A stretch of DNA of 64,000 nt from Collinsella sp. (GCA_018381235.1 JAGZSF010000007.1:8423-72422), one strand, 5' to 3'. Numbered from the stretch's first letter, positions 26,700-38,740 are shown. Translations and numbers: made by a program. The notes: generated by a model from the letters alone, not told the origin.

Positions 26700-27249
26700 T
26701 TACGAGCGCGAGAGCGAAACGGTTGCCTTCAGTGGATTTTTGAACGCAGAGCGTCAGCGCATCCTGGCGGCCGCGACACCTGAGCGCCGCGCGCAGATGG
26801 AGGCTGCCGAGGAGTCGCGCGCGGTCTATCGCGCGTGGAACGCGGTGTGCTCGGGCACGCGCGAGGGGCGGCATGTGACGGGCTTGCGCTACCTGCCCGA
26901 GTCCAATGAGCTGCTGGTATATCTCGATTCGCCCTCGTGGACGCAGGAAATGACGCTGTTGCGCGAGATCATCCGCGCGCGCATGGAGCGCGCCGGTGCG
27001 CATGTGGACGGCCTGGTGTTCAAAACCACCGCGCCGGGTCACACGCCGCCCGCCGCCAAGCAGCGCCTGCGCCCGGCGACGACCGAGCGCCCGCCGGCCC
27101 CGCACGCCGACCTAAGTGAGGCCGAATGCACCGAGATTGAGCGCCAAGTGGCGCCCATCGAAGACCAAAAACTGCGCGAGGCCCTCGAGAATGCCATGAG
27201 AGCCAGTGCCGAGTGGGCCAAGGGCGTAGAAAGCAAAAAAGAGCCTTAA
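26686..27249 (+). CDS. DUF721-domain protein (DciA-like), conserved between recF and gyrB
   Basis: GTG start overlapping the recF stop. Pattern AVYRAWNAVCSGTREGRHVTGLRYLPESNELLVYLDSPSWTQEMTLLREIIRARM fits DUF721. Same position as Rv0004 (DciA) in Mycobacterium. Confidence 0.55.
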   Translation: MRRANYERESETVAFSGFLNAERQRILAAATPERRAQMEAAEESRAVYRAWNAVCSGTREGRHVTGLRYLPESNELLVYLDSPSWTQEMTLLREIIRARMERAGAHVDGLVFKTTAPGHTPPAAKQRLRPATTERPPAPHADLSEAECTEIERQVAPIEDQKLREALENAMRASAEWAKGVESKKEP

Positions 27250-27312
27250 ATCGCATCTGGTGGCCTTGTAGAGCCAAATACCCTCGTTCCCGAGGGTATT
27301 TTTTTACGATAA

Positions 27313-29385
<2,073 letters not shown>

Positions 29386-29396
29386 GAGGAGGTAAC

Positions 29397-32138
29397 GTGG
29401 CAGACGATATCAACAACAACGAGGGTATGGGCGAGGCCGGCGATGCCGGTATGCCCGATGATCTGAAGCGCCTGCTTGCCCTTGCTGAGCAGGGCGAGGA
29501 CGGCGATCCGGACGCCTATAACCCCGATGCCGATGATGATGAGGAAGAGGACGACGACGGTGAGCTCGAGGAGAGCTTTGGCGAAGTCGATCGTGGCGCC
29601 TCGGCCGGCGAGGACATCAACGGCGGCCAGCTCCAGATTTCGGAGTTCGGTCGCGAGATGAAGCAGTCGTTCATCGAGTATTCGATGTCGGTTATCACAG
29701 CGCGTGCCCTGCCGGACGTGCGCGACGGCTTAAAGCCGGTACACCGCCGCATCCTGTACGCGATGAACGAGAGCGGCATCTACCCCAACCGCCCACACAA
29801 AAAGTCGGCCTGGACGGTCGGCGAAGTTATCGGTAAGTACCACCCGCACGGTGACTTTGCGGTCTACGAGGCCATGGTCCGCCTGGCGCAGTGGTTCTCC
29901 ATGCGCACGCCGCTCATCGACGGTCACGGCAACTTCGGCAACATCGATGGCGACGGCGCGGCGGCCATGCGTTACACCGAGAGCCGCCTGGCCAAGCCCG
30001 CCATGGAACTGCTGCGTGACTTGCAGAAGGATACCGTCGACTGGCAGCCCAACTACGACGAATCGCTCGCCGAGCCCGTGGCACTGCCTGCGCGCTTCCC
30101 CAACCTGCTGGTCAACGGCAGCCAGGGCATCGCCGTCGGCATGGCCACCAACATCGCCCCGCATAACCTCACCGAGGCGATCGAGGCCACCTGCTACCTG
30201 ATCGACAACCCCGACGCCACCGTCGACGAGCTCATGCAGATCATGCCCGGTCCGGACTTCCCCACCGGCGCCATCATCATGGGCAGCGCCGGCATTAAGC
30301 AGAGCTACGAGACCGGCCGCGGCTCCATTACCGTGCGTGCCAAGGCACATGTGGAGTCCACCAAGACCGGCCGCAGCCGCCTGGTCTTTACCGAGATTCC
30401 CTACATGGTCAACAAGGGCACCCTGCAGGAGAAGATCGCCCAACTCGTCAACGACAAGCGCATTGAGGGCATCTCGGATATGCGCGATGAGTCCAACCAG
30501 AAGGGCATCCGTCTGGTCATCGAGCTCAAGAAGGGCGTCATTCCGCAGGTCGTGCTCAACAACCTGTATAAGTACACCTCGCTGCAGACGACCTTTGGCG
30601 CCAACAACCTGGCACTCGTCAACGGCGTTCCCAAATGCCTGAGCCTGCGCGAGATGCTGCAGCACTACATCGACCACCAGGTCGACGTCGTCACCCGCCG
30701 CACCCGCTTCGACCTTAAGAAGGCCCAGGCCCGCGCGCATATCCTCGAGGGCTACCTGATGGCCCTTGACCATATCGACGAGGTCATTAGCATCATCCGC
30801 TCCTCGCAGACCGACTCCGAGGCCAGCAGCCGACTGATCGAACGCTTTGGCTTTACGCCCGAGCAGACCACGGCCATCCTCGAGATGAAGCTGCGCCGCC
30901 TGACCGGCCTGGAGCGCGACAAGATCCAAGAAGAGTTGGACGGCCTGCGCCGCGCCATCGCCTACTACGAGGACCTGCTGGCGCACGAGGAGAAGATCCT
31001 GGGCGTCATCAAGGAAGAGATGCGCGAGATCTCCAAGAAGTTCGGCGACAAGCGCCGCACCGAGATCAGCCAGGTTGAGAAGGACCTGGATGTCGAGGAC
31101 CTCATCGCCGACGAGGATATGGTCGTGACCATCACCCACACCGGCTACGTTAAGCGTATCCCGGTGGCCGCCTACCGTGCCCAAAAGCGCGGTGGCAAGG
31201 GCGTGTCGGGCGTCAACCTCAAAGAGGACGACGTCATCGACGAGATGTTCATCGCGTCCACGCACGAGTACGTGCTGTTCTTCTCGAGCAAGGGCAAGGT
31301 CTATCGCCTGAAGGTGCACGAGCTGCCGGTGGGTACGCGCCAAGCGCGCGGTACCGCGATCGTCAACCTGCTGCCCTTCGAGGAGGGCGAGAAGATCGCG
31401 AGCGTCATCAGCTGCCGCGAGTTCCCAGCCGACGAGTACCTGATGTTTGCCACCAAGAGCGGCATGGTCAAGAAGACCGTGATGAGCGCATATGACCGCA
31501 GCCGTCGCGACGGCCTGATCGCTATCAACCTGCGTGACGACGACGCGCTGCTGAACGTGCGCCGCGTGCGCGAGGGCGACAAGATTATCCTGGCCACCAC
31601 CGCGGGCAAGGCGATCATGTTCTCCGAGGAGCAGGTGCGCGCCACCGGCCGCGATACCAGCGGCGTTCGCGGTATTGGTATGAAGGACGGCGTGAGCGTT
31701 CTGGGCATGGAAGTCACTAACGGCAACGGCGATCTGTTCGTCATCACCGAGCGCGGCTACGGCAAGCGCACGCCGGTCGCGGACTACCCGGAGCAGAATC
31801 GCGGCGGTCAGGGCGTCTACACCATTCAAATGACCGAGCGTAAGGGTAACCTCGCGGCCATGAAGACGGTGGGCCCGCAGCACGAGCTGTTCATCGTGAC
31901 GGAGGGCGCGACGGTCATTCGCGTCAAGACCGACGAGATCAGCCAGACCGGCCGCGCCACCCAGGGCGTCAAGATGATGACCGTCGACGACAACGACCGC
32001 ATCTGCGCCGTGGCCCGCATGACGACCGCCAAAGAGAAGCCCGAGGGCGAAGCCATAGAAAACGGCTCCGCCCCCGAAGAAACCCCTGTCGATCTAGGCG
32101 ACGGCAACGACATGCCGGAAGATCTCCTTGACGAGTAA
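29397..32138 (+). CDS. gyrA: DNA gyrase subunit A, with an ~85-aa acidic N-terminal extension
   Basis: GTG after AAGAGGAGG. Conserved core starts at ...[44 protein letters not shown] (catalytic Tyr region). Preceded by [22 protein letters not shown]...[14 protein letters not shown]. Confidence 0.95.
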   Translation: MADDINNNEGMGEAGDAGMPDDLKRLLALAEQGEDGDPDAYNPDADDDEEEDDDGELEESFGEVDRGASAGEDINGGQLQISEFGREMKQSFIEYSMSVITARALPDVRDGLKPVHRRILYAMNESGIYPNRPHKKSAWTVGEVIGKYHPHGDFAVYEAMVRLAQWFSMRTPLIDGHGNFGNIDGDGAAAMRYTESRLAKPAMELLRDLQKDTVDWQPNYDESLAEPVALPARFPNLLVNGSQGIAVGMATNIAPHNLTEAIEATCYLIDNPDATVDELMQIMPGPDFPTGAIIMGSAGIKQSYETGRGSITVRAKAHVESTKTGRSRLVFTEIPYMVNKGTLQEKIAQLVNDKRIEGISDMRDESNQKGIRLVIELKKGVIPQVVLNNLYKYTSLQTTFGANNLALVNGVPKCLSLREMLQHYIDHQVDVVTRRTRFDLKKAQARAHILEGYLMALDHIDEVISIIRSSQTDSEASSRLIERFGFTPEQTTAILEMKLRRLTGLERDKIQEELDGLRRAIAYYEDLLAHEEKILGVIKEEMREISKKFGDKRRTEISQVEKDLDVEDLIADEDMVVTITHTGYVKRIPVAAYRAQKRGGKGVSGVNLKEDDVIDEMFIASTHEYVLFFSSKGKVYRLKVHELPVGTRQARGTAIVNLLPFEEGEKIASVISCREFPADEYLMFATKSGMVKKTVMSAYDRSRRDGLIAINLRDDDALLNVRRVREGDKIILATTAGKAIMFSEEQVRATGRDTSGVRGIGMKDGVSVLGMEVTNGNGDLFVITERGYGKRTPVADYPEQNRGGQGVYTIQMTERKGNLAAMKTVGPQHELFIVTEGATVIRVKTDEISQTGRATQGVKMMTVDDNDRICAVARMTTAKEKPEGEAIENGSAPEETPVDLGDGNDMPEDLLDE

Positions 32139-32178
32139 GAGGCCCTAACTGTTAGAAAATATCAGACCCCATATATCG

Positions 32179-32211
32179 GCGGTCGGCGCACTGCGCGCCG
32201 ACCGCTTTTTT
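32179..32211 (+). terminator. rho-independent terminator after gyrA
   Basis: GCGGTCGGCGC-actgc-GCGCCGACCGC followed by T6. Confidence 0.6.
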
Positions 32212-32388
32212 GAAAATTGAACCCCGCGTCGGCCCCGGCTGCCCGACGGCATGCGAAGTCGATCGCGAGTTCCGCACGAGCCGGAGAGCACTTAATGTGC
32301 TCTCCGTGCGAGCAGGACTGTCCGAGCAGGCGACTTCGCATGCCGCCGGGCAGCCGGGGCCGACACCCCTCAAAGATTTTCAAAAAAG
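32205..32388. repeat. ~185-bp complex imperfect palindrome (two ~57-bp inverted arms plus a central 9-bp-stem hairpin)
   Basis: Left arm CTTTTTTGAAAATTGAACCCCGCGTCGGCCCCGGCTGCCCGACGGCATGCGAAGTCG (32205..32261). Reverse complement of the right arm (32331..32388) is CTTTTTTGAAAATCTTTGAGGGGTGTCGGCCCCGGCTGCCCGGCGGCATGCGAAGTCG. Centre contains GGAGAGCAC-ttaa-GTGCTCTCC. Confidence 0.55.
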
Positions 32389-32391
32389 TTG

Positions 32392-32421
32392 TTGACGCGC
32401 GCGTAACGACTCGTCTAATAT
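32392..32421 (+). promoter_or_regulatory. sigma70-like promoter for the tRNA-Ile/Ala/Ile cluster (-35 TTGACG, 18 nt, -10 TAATAT)
   Basis: TTGACG-cgcgcgtaacgactcgtc-TAATAT, then 14 nt to the tRNA-Ile 5' end at 32436. Confidence 0.55.
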
Positions 32422-32435
32422 ATCCCTTGCGCGAT

Positions 32436-32512
32436 GGACCTGTAGCTCAGTTGGTTAGAGCGTCCGGCTGATAACCGGGAGGTCACAAGTTCGAATCTTG
32501 TCAGGTCCACCA
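32436..32512 (+). tRNA. tRNA-Ile (anticodon GAT)
   Basis: GGACCTGTAGCTCAGTTGGTTAGAGCGTCCGGCTGATAACCGGGAGGTCACAAGTTCGAATCTTGTCAGGTCCACCA; anticodon loop CTGATAA; CCA encoded. Confidence 0.9.
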
Positions 32513-32579
32513 CTTTCTTTCGCAATAAACACCCCAGCGAGAGCCGAGTCGCCGCTGGGGTGTTTATTACTGTCTCCGT

Positions 32580-32655
32580 GGGGGTTTAGCTCAGCTGGGA
32601 GAGCGCGGGCTTTGCAAGCCTGAGGTCAGGGGTTCGATCCCCCTAACCTCCACCA
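32580..32655 (+). tRNA. tRNA-Ala (anticodon TGC)
   Basis: GGGGGTTTAGCTCAGCTGGGAGAGCGCGGGCTTTGCAAGCCTGAGGTCAGGGGTTCGATCCCCCTAACCTCCACCA; the G3:U70 wobble identity pair is present; anticodon loop CTTTGCAAG. Confidence 0.9.
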
Positions 32656-32659
32656 TGAT

Positions 32660-32736
32660 GGACCTGTAGCTCAGTTGGTTAGAGCGTCCGGCTGATAACC
32701 GGGAGGTCACAAGTTCGAATCTTGTCAGGTCCACCA
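32660..32736 (+). tRNA. tRNA-Ile (anticodon GAT), second identical copy
   Basis: Identical 77-nt sequence to 32436..32512, starting 4 nt after tRNA-Ala. Confidence 0.9.
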
Positions 32737-32751
32737 TCAAAACTGTGAAGA

Positions 32752-32783
32752 GCCCTGAGGCGTTGCCTCGGGGCTTTTTTCTT
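32752..32783 (+). terminator. rho-independent terminator after the tRNA cluster
   Basis: GCCCTGAGGCGTTGCCTCGGGGC followed by T6. Confidence 0.6.
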
Positions 32784-32895
32784 GTCTGCGATAAATCTCA
32801 TTTTGGTTTTGTGTGCTGTGCGAAAGATTGGGTAGTATAGCTATTCAATGCGGCAACCCTGCCGCGTGTTAACCGCTACGTACCGGAGGTGTTCC

Positions 32896-33396
32896 ATGGT
32901 TCGTGTCGACATAGAGACCATCGTCATGGCCGCCGGTCCCGTGCCATCGCTTATCGTGCTTCGCGAGCGCTGCAGTAAATCGGACTCGCCCGCGCCGTTG
33001 CGTTCCCTTTCCATTCAGACTGGTTCGTTTGAGGCTGCTGCCATTAGCCGTGGCATCGATAGTGGCCGCGCCGAGCGCCCGATTACCCATGACCTGCTGC
33101 TCGATACTGTTAGCGCCCTGGGCGCCAAGCTCGAGCGCATCGAGATCGTTCGCGCCGAGCCGCCGGTGTTCTACGCGACGATCGTTGTGCTGGTCGATGG
33201 CGACGAGCGCAAGATCGACGCCCGCCCCAGTGATGCCATTGCCCTTGCCGTGCGCAGCAATGCTCCCATGTTTGTGGAGGATGACATCATGAATCGCTTG
33301 GGCACTGTTTCTACCCATGCCGAGGAAGTTGACGACGAGCAGGAGTTCGAGAAGTTCGACGAGTTCGTCCATACGCTCTCCCCCGATGATTTCTAA
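32896..33396 (+). CDS. bifunctional nuclease (BFN/DUF151) family protein
   Basis: GGAGG 6 nt before ATG at 32896. MVRVDIETIVMAAGPVPSLIVLRER...RPITHDLLLDTVSALGAKLERIEIVRAEPPVFYATIVVLVDGDERKIDARPSDAIALAVRSNAPMFVEDDIM matches the DUF151 pattern. Confidence 0.7.
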   Translation: MVRVDIETIVMAAGPVPSLIVLRERCSKSDSPAPLRSLSIQTGSFEAAAISRGIDSGRAERPITHDLLLDTVSALGAKLERIEIVRAEPPVFYATIVVLVDGDERKIDARPSDAIALAVRSNAPMFVEDDIMNRLGTVSTHAEEVDDEQEFEKFDEFVHTLSPDDF

Positions 33397-33786
33397 ATGC
33401 GGGGCGGCCAGGTTGCGGAGCGTTCGCTGATGGCCGGCGGCATGTCTGCCGAGGCGGCGGCTATCGCGCGTGAAGCCCAGATGCGCTCGGAGGCATCCGA
33501 GGCGGCTCGCATTGCCTATGTGACGCAGGCCCGCACGCTTCGTGAACGCCGCGGCTCGTTTATCAAGATGGTTGTCATCTCCGTCCTTGTCGCGGCAATC
33601 TGCTCGCGCCTTCGTGGTACAGTTGGTGCGCTTGGGTTTTCGATCTCTACGGGCCTGGTGATCTGGGGTGTGGTCGACGCGGTAATGCTGACTAGTCAGA
33701 TCAAGGTGCTCGACAAGCGCGCGATGGATATGATGCGCGCCCGCGACGCTGCCGCCAAGATCGCCGCCGAGGCACAGGAACTGTAA
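33397..33786 (+). CDS. hypothetical small membrane protein (two TM helices)
   Basis: ATG directly after the preceding TAA. Hydrophobic IKMVVISVLVAAICSRL and LGFSISTGLVIWGVVDAVML segments. Start is uncertain (alternative ATG 11 codons downstream). Confidence 0.4.
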   Translation: MRGGQVAERSLMAGGMSAEAAAIAREAQMRSEASEAARIAYVTQARTLRERRGSFIKMVVISVLVAAICSRLRGTVGALGFSISTGLVIWGVVDAVMLTSQIKVLDKRAMDMMRARDAAAKIAAEAQEL

Positions 33787-33816
33787 CGACGCCGGACTCG
33801 ATGGGAAGGTCTAAAG

Positions 33817-34266
33817 ATGGCACAGGATATGCAGGACGCCGGTAACGTCTCCGCCGAGCTCGACGCCATGGTGTGCGATCTGATCGGCGCCTTCTTGGAC
33901 GACCTGGCCGCGGGCGAGAACCCGGGCGTGGTCGTGGCAATCGAGGACGCTGCTTCCAACCGATATCTGGCGGCGCTCGACGAGGACGGCGAAGAGGCGT
34001 GCCTGGAGGCGGCCACCAACTTTATCTCCGAGCACAAGATGGGCCTTAAGGACGAGGGCCTGGGCCGCATCGCCCGTTACGCCATCGGCTACACCGGTTG
34101 TGTCGAGATCGATGGCGGCTACCATGACGCCCTGCTCGTGAGCTTCTTCGAAACCACGCTCGAGAGCGGCTTTTCGGCATACGTACTGTACGAGGGTGTG
34201 GGCGCCGGCGATGGTTTTATGTGGAGCGACCCTGAACCTGCAGGTGAGGAAACCCCTCTAATCTAA
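33817..34266 (+). CDS. hypothetical acidic cytoplasmic protein
   Basis: GGAAGG ribosome-binding site. 149-aa ORF with coding-like composition and no recognised motif. Confidence 0.4.
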   Translation: MAQDMQDAGNVSAELDAMVCDLIGAFLDDLAAGENPGVVVAIEDAASNRYLAALDEDGEEACLEAATNFISEHKMGLKDEGLGRIARYAIGYTGCVEIDGGYHDALLVSFFETTLESGFSAYVLYEGVGAGDGFMWSDPEPAGEETPLI

Positions 34267-34383
34267 AATCGCTAAAATAAACGAGTTTTCGGTAAAAGGC
34301 TCAATATTCCCGCTGAGCGTTGTGTTGCTGGGCGGGTCGCATACGCGTGCCGGTTGTATATAGATAGAAGATAGGGGAACTAC

Positions 34384-36222
34384 ATGCGCGTAGACAATCT
34401 GAGGAACATCGCCATCATCGCTCACGTCGACCACGGCAAGACGACGATGGTCGACAAGCTCCTGCGTGCCACGGACGCCTTCCGTGCCAACCAGCAGGTC
34501 GAGGACCGCGTCCTGGATTCTAACGACCAGGAGCGCGAGCGCGGCATTACGATTCTCGCCAAGAACATCTCTATCGAGTACAAGGACGTTAAGATCAACG
34601 TCATCGACACTCCGGGCCACGCCGACTTTGGCGGCGAGGTCGAGCGCGTGCTGCGTATGGCCGACGGCGCCCTGCTGCTGGTCGACGCCTTTGAGGGCCC
34701 CATGCCCCAGACCCGCTTCGTGCTGCGTCACGCTATCGACACCGGCCTCAAGATCATGATCGTCATCAACAAGATTGACCGTCCGGGTGCTAACCCCGAG
34801 AAGGCCTACAACGACTGCCTGGACCTTATGGCCGACCTGGGCGCCACCGACGACCAGCTTGAGTTCGCCATGGAGCACGTGGTCTACGCCAGCGCTATGA
34901 ATGGCTTTGCCCGCCTTGATCCCAACGACGGCAACATGGACATGTATCCGCTGCTCGATATGATCATCGACGACATGCCCGCGCCCGAGGTTGACGAGAA
35001 CGCCCCGCTGGCCATGCAGTGCGTGACCATCGACCACTCCAACTTCGTTGGTCGTATCGGCATCGGCCGCGTGTACTCCGGCACCATCCACCAGGGCGAC
35101 CAGATCCTGGTTGTCAAGAACGACGGCTCCAGCGCTACCGCCACCGTCAAGCAGCTCTTTACCTTCGACTACCTGGGCCGCACCGAGTGCCAGGAAGTCG
35201 GCGCCGGCGACATCGCCGCTGTCGTGGGCATCGACCGCACCGATATCGGCGATGTCTACACCGATCCCGAGAACCCCGTCGAGCTCGAGCCCATCGAGAT
35301 CGACCCGCCGACCCTGTCCATCGTCTTCGAGGCTTCGACCTCCCCGCTCGTCGGCCGCGACGGCGACATCGTGGGCGCCCGTCAGCTCAAGGAGCGCCTG
35401 TTCAACGAGGCCGAGAACAACGTGACCATGAAGATCGAGGAGCTCGAGGACAAGAGCGGCGTCGAGGTCTCGGGCCGCGGCATCCTGCACCTGTCCGTCC
35501 TGATGGAGTCCATGCGCCGCGAGGGCTTTGAGTTCCAGGTCGGCCGTCCCCGCGTCCTGTTTAAGAAGGACGAGAACGGCAACAAGATGGAGCCTGTCGA
35601 GCAGGCCGTCGTCGAGTGCCCGGACGAGTACTCGGGCAAGGTCGTTGAGGTCTTCGGTACCTCCGGCGGCATCATGACGAGTATGGACACCTCGGGCATC
35701 GTGACGCACCTCGAGTTTAAGATCCCGACCCGCGGCATCATGGGTCTTAAGAACCGCATCATGAATGTCACCCACGGCGAGGGCGTGTTCTACCACACCT
35801 TCCTGGAGTATGGTCCCTACGCCGGCGAGATCGGCAACCGTCAGAACGGCGCCATGATCTCCATGACCACCGAGAAGGCCGTTGCCTACGCTCTGGGTAC
35901 GCTGCAGGAGCGCGGCCAGCTGTTTGTTGAGCCGGGCACCGAGTGCTACGAGGGCATGATCGTGGGCGAGCGCAGCAAGGCTGGCGACATGGTCGTCAAC
36001 ATCGCCCGTACCAAGAACCTGGGCAACCAGCGTTCCTCGACCTCCGATATCTCCGTCCAGCTGGTGCCGCCCCGCACCTTCTCGCTGGAGGAGGCGCTGG
36101 AGTACATCGCCGACGACGAGCTGGTCGAGATCACTCCCAAGAACATCCGCCTACGCAAGCGTCTGCTCAACGCCACCGACCGCAAGAAGGCTGCCGTCCG
36201 CGCCGGCCAGGTCAACAAATAA
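34384..36222 (+). CDS. typA: translational GTPase TypA/BipA
   Basis: G1 [13 protein letters not shown]3 DTPGHADF, G4 NKID, and the BipA-specific C-terminal domain. Confidence 0.95.
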   Translation: MRVDNLRNIAIIAHVDHGKTTMVDKLLRATDAFRANQQVEDRVLDSNDQERERGITILAKNISIEYKDVKINVIDTPGHADFGGEVERVLRMADGALLLVDAFEGPMPQTRFVLRHAIDTGLKIMIVINKIDRPGANPEKAYNDCLDLMADLGATDDQLEFAMEHVVYASAMNGFARLDPNDGNMDMYPLLDMIIDDMPAPEVDENAPLAMQCVTIDHSNFVGRIGIGRVYSGTIHQGDQILVVKNDGSSATATVKQLFTFDYLGRTECQEVGAGDIAAVVGIDRTDIGDVYTDPENPVELEPIEIDPPTLSIVFEASTSPLVGRDGDIVGARQLKERLFNEAENNVTMKIEELEDKSGVEVSGRGILHLSVLMESMRREGFEFQVGRPRVLFKKDENGNKMEPVEQAVVECPDEYSGKVVEVFGTSGGIMTSMDTSGIVTHLEFKIPTRGIMGLKNRIMNVTHGEGVFYHTFLEYGPYAGEIGNRQNGAMISMTTEKAVAYALGTLQERGQLFVEPGTECYEGMIVGERSKAGDMVVNIARTKNLGNQRSSTSDISVQLVPPRTFSLEEALEYIADDELVEITPKNIRLRKRLLNATDRKKAAVRAGQVNK

Positions 36223-36252
36223 GCGCTGGGCTTTATAGCGTCTAACAAGAAA

Positions 36253-36285
36253 GGGCGTCGACCGCGATGGTCGGCGCCCTTTTTG
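36253..36285 (+). terminator. rho-independent terminator after typA
   Basis: GGGCGTCGACC-gcgat-GGTCGGCGCCC followed by T5. Confidence 0.55.
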
Positions 36286-36349
36286 GTTCAGGGGGCAGGT
36301 TCGTTTGCGCCGCCACAAAGGTGCTTGGCATCTTTGTGGCAGTTAGCTG

Positions 36350-37495
36350 CTAAGCGGTGGGGAGTCCCGGCGTGTTAGTCGGCTGCTGCGGCTTGAGACG
36401 GGCGTTGCGCCAGATGATCTGGATGATGTAGCCGAGCATAAAGACAAAGGCCACACCGCTGATGAAGCCGCCTACGAGGGGAAGCCCTGTGAGGGCGCCT
36501 GCGGCGATGCCACCCACGGCTGCCATGGCGTAGCGGTTTTGGCTGTGTCCGACCATGCGGGCGATCGCGCACCCCGCAAAGGCGTTCGACACCAATGCGA
36601 TGCCGATAACGCCGCACATGAGGGCTCCGGCAAGCGATAGACCAGCGATGGAGATAATCAGCAGTAGGACGGCGGGGACGATAGCAATCGTGCCCAGAAG
36701 ACCGCTCACCCACAGGGGCGTGGGGCGCTGGTGGAGCATGCCGGCGGCGCTGGCGGTCGCGCGCGGAAAGACGAGCTCGAGTAGCAGGGCGACAAAGCAG
36801 GTGGAAAGCGCCGCGGCGACGGTGCCGCCGATGACATCGTTAACGGTGGAAGTATCCTCGTTTTCGGTGCGGTCGATCTTGAGCGCGCCGACCTCGGCTC
36901 CCGCGGCGCGCTCGGGGTCCTCGGAGACGTGCGCGTTCACGGTGCCGGTGATGTGGGCGTTCTTGCCCAGGATGAGCTTGTCGGCCCAAACCTCGACATC
37001 GCCATCGACGGTGCCATCGATGGTTACCGTGTCGCCCGCAAGCGCTGCCGACCTGGCGGAGCCGCGCAGGGCAACCGTCTCGCCCATCGCATAGAAACAG
37101 TTGGCGGTGCTGTCGGAATTGAGCACGACATGCTGGCCAGCGACGGTCACGCTGCCATCAACCGTGGTCTTGGCAATGTCGATGGTGCGTGCCGCCAGAC
37201 GGACGGCGCCGCCCACTGTGCAGTCACGGATCGAGAGGGTATCGCCCGCGGCGATGATATCGCGGTCGATGGACACATCATCCAAGTTGAGGGCCTGACC
37301 TGCCCAGTACAGGTCACCTTCGACGCCGGACGGATTGGCGTCATTGTCGGTCGCAAGTACGTTTCCTGCGGTGTCCGTGCCGGCGAACGACGCCGTGGGA
37401 AGCACGGTGATCGCCAGCGCGATGAGCGCGAATAGGATGGTGATGCGGCCCCATGCTTTACGGCGCTGGGTCAACGGGAGTTGATTGCAGGGCAT
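36350..37495 (-). CDS. membrane protein with an N-terminal beta-helix-like repeat region (bactofilin/DUF2807-like character) and a C-terminal polytopic domain, hypothetical
   Basis: ATG about 6 nt after GAAGGA (coordinate +/-1). The track's TTG start 16 codons upstream is rejected. N-terminal TM helix, then repeated G-x-V/I-x-V-x-G-D-V patterns (TVDGSVTVAGQHVVL, TVTIDGTVDGDVEVWADKLILG, ITGTVNAHV), then 4-5 TM helices. Confidence 0.5.
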   Translation of the reverse strand: MPCNQLPLTQRRKAWGRITILFALIALAITVLPTASFAGTDTAGNVLATDNDANPSGVEGDLYWAGQALNLDDVSIDRDIIAAGDTLSIRDCTVGGAVRLAARTIDIAKTTVDGSVTVAGQHVVLNSDSTANCFYAMGETVALRGSARSAALAGDTVTIDGTVDGDVEVWADKLILGKNAHITGTVNAHVSEDPERAAGAEVGALKIDRTENEDTSTVNDVIGGTVAAALSTCFVALLLELVFPRATASAAGMLHQRPTPLWVSGLLGTIAIVPAVLLLIISIAGLSLAGALMCGVIGIALVSNAFAGCAIARMVGHSQNRYAMAAVGGIAAGALTGLPLVGGFISGVAFVFMLGYIIQIIWRNARLKPQQPTNTPGLPTA

Positions 37496-37601
37496 AGTGA
37501 ATCCTTCGTTAGATACTCGGCATATACCTAACAGGGTACCCAACGCGTGGGCGCTCTAAAAGAACCTCTCGGTTGCATTTCGAAGGATGAGCCCGCGCTG
37601 C

Positions 37602-38243
37602 CTACTTTTTGCGATGCAAAAAGCGCGCGATGTCTTCTTCGGTGGGGCTTTTGATGTCAAAGCGCAGCGAGAGCCAGCGCAGACCCATGGTCACGACAAC
37701 GCATACGATCAGCGCGGCGACATTGCTCATGATGCCGCTCATAACGAGACACACGTAGCTTGTCGATCCGGCGATGGCCGCGATGGCATAAAAGTTAGTG
37801 CGTTGGAAAATGCCCGGAACCACGCCCATAAAGCCGTCGCGCAGCATGCCGCCACCTACTGCGGTGAAGAAGCCCATCATGATGCAAACGACGGGCGCAA
37901 AACCGTAGACCAGTGCCTTGTCTGCGCCGGTTGCCGCATAGATGCCGACCGAGATGATGTCGAGCAAGGGGATGAGTTTTTCGGGCTTGTCGACGATTGC
38001 CGGGAAAATGTAGATGATGGCTGCCGTGGCGATGGAGAGCGGCAGCGCCATTGGCTGGTTGAGGATGTAGACGTTGCCCACCTGCAGCGTCATGTCGCGC
38101 AAGAGACCGCCGCCCAGACCGCAGACCACCGCGAGCGCGACCGCGCCCACCAGGTCGAGCTTGTGCTCGCGCGCAACCAACACACCCGAGATCGATGCAG
38201 CGACAACAGCGAACATCTCGAGCCAAAACGGAATAGCGACCAT
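37602..38243 (-). CDS. UPF0126 (YadS/YicG, TRIC-like) family membrane protein
   Basis: Two GGGxxRD motifs (GLGGGLLRDM, AVGGGMLRDG) and seven hydrophobic segments. The start is taken as the internal ATG (MVAIPFWLEMF...). Confidence 0.65.
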   Translation of the reverse strand: MVAIPFWLEMFAVVAASISGVLVAREHKLDLVGAVALAVVCGLGGGLLRDMTLQVGNVYILNQPMALPLSIATAAIIYIFPAIVDKPEKLIPLLDIISVGIYAATGADKALVYGFAPVVCIMMGFFTAVGGGMLRDGFMGVVPGIFQRTNFYAIAAIAGSTSYVCLVMSGIMSNVAALIVCVVVTMGLRWLSLRFDIKSPTEEDIARFLHRKK

Positions 38244-38456
38244 GGCATCCGAGGCATGTGAGGTAATGGTTATGGCGGCGACGACGGGCAAGATGGGGTC
38301 CTTTGGGTTGTGGGTTTAGACAATGCCCGTACATAGTACATGGTTGGCGGGCGTGGCGACCCTATTGCTCGGTAAACGGTCGGGACCGGGTATGGTCATA
38401 GGTTCCATGTTTGGGGATCCGGGTTGATGCCGAACGCGATGGGGGCGTGGCTGAAT

Positions 38457-38598
38457 AGGAGGGATGTCCAAATTTTGAGTGGAGCTCAAAATTTATCCGG
38501 TCGGCTTGCGCCGACCGCGCTGCGCTAAAAACGCGCCACTGGCGCGTTTTCTTTACGCTTTGCGCCCTGGCGGGTTCGAATCCCTCCTCCTCCGCCGT
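38457..38598 (+). other. tRNA-Ser-derived tRNA-like element (~142 nt) with expanded internal hairpins; no CCA; possible pseudogene or structured RNA
   Basis: 5' GGAGGGATG... and 3' ...GGCGGGTTCGAATCCCTCCTCCTCCGCC. The last 27 nt equal the T-arm and acceptor 3' strand of tRNA-Ser(CGA) at 38650..38740. A GAGTGG D-loop remnant is present. Internal hairpins: AAATTTTGAG/CTCAAAATTT, CGGTCGG-cttgcgc-CCGACCG, CGCGCCACTGGCGCG. Confidence 0.4.
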
Positions 38599-38649
38599 AT
38601 CTGTTTGTAAGGGACTCAAAAGAAAAAAGCTCCCGTTGCTGGGAGCTTT

Positions 38650-38740
38650 CTCAACCAAAATGGCGGAGGAGGAGGGATTCGAACCCTCGTGACCTTATAC
38701 AGGCCAAACGGTTTTCGAGACCGCCGCATTCAACCACTCT
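38650..38740 (-). tRNA. tRNA-Ser (anticodon CGA)
   Basis: Reverse complement is GGAGGGGTGGCAGAGTGGTTGAATGCGGCGGTCTCGAAAACCGTTTGGCCTGTATAAGGTCACGAGGGTTCGAATCCCTCCTCCTCCGCCA. Long variable arm, anticodon loop CTCGAAA, 91 nt. Confidence 0.9.
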
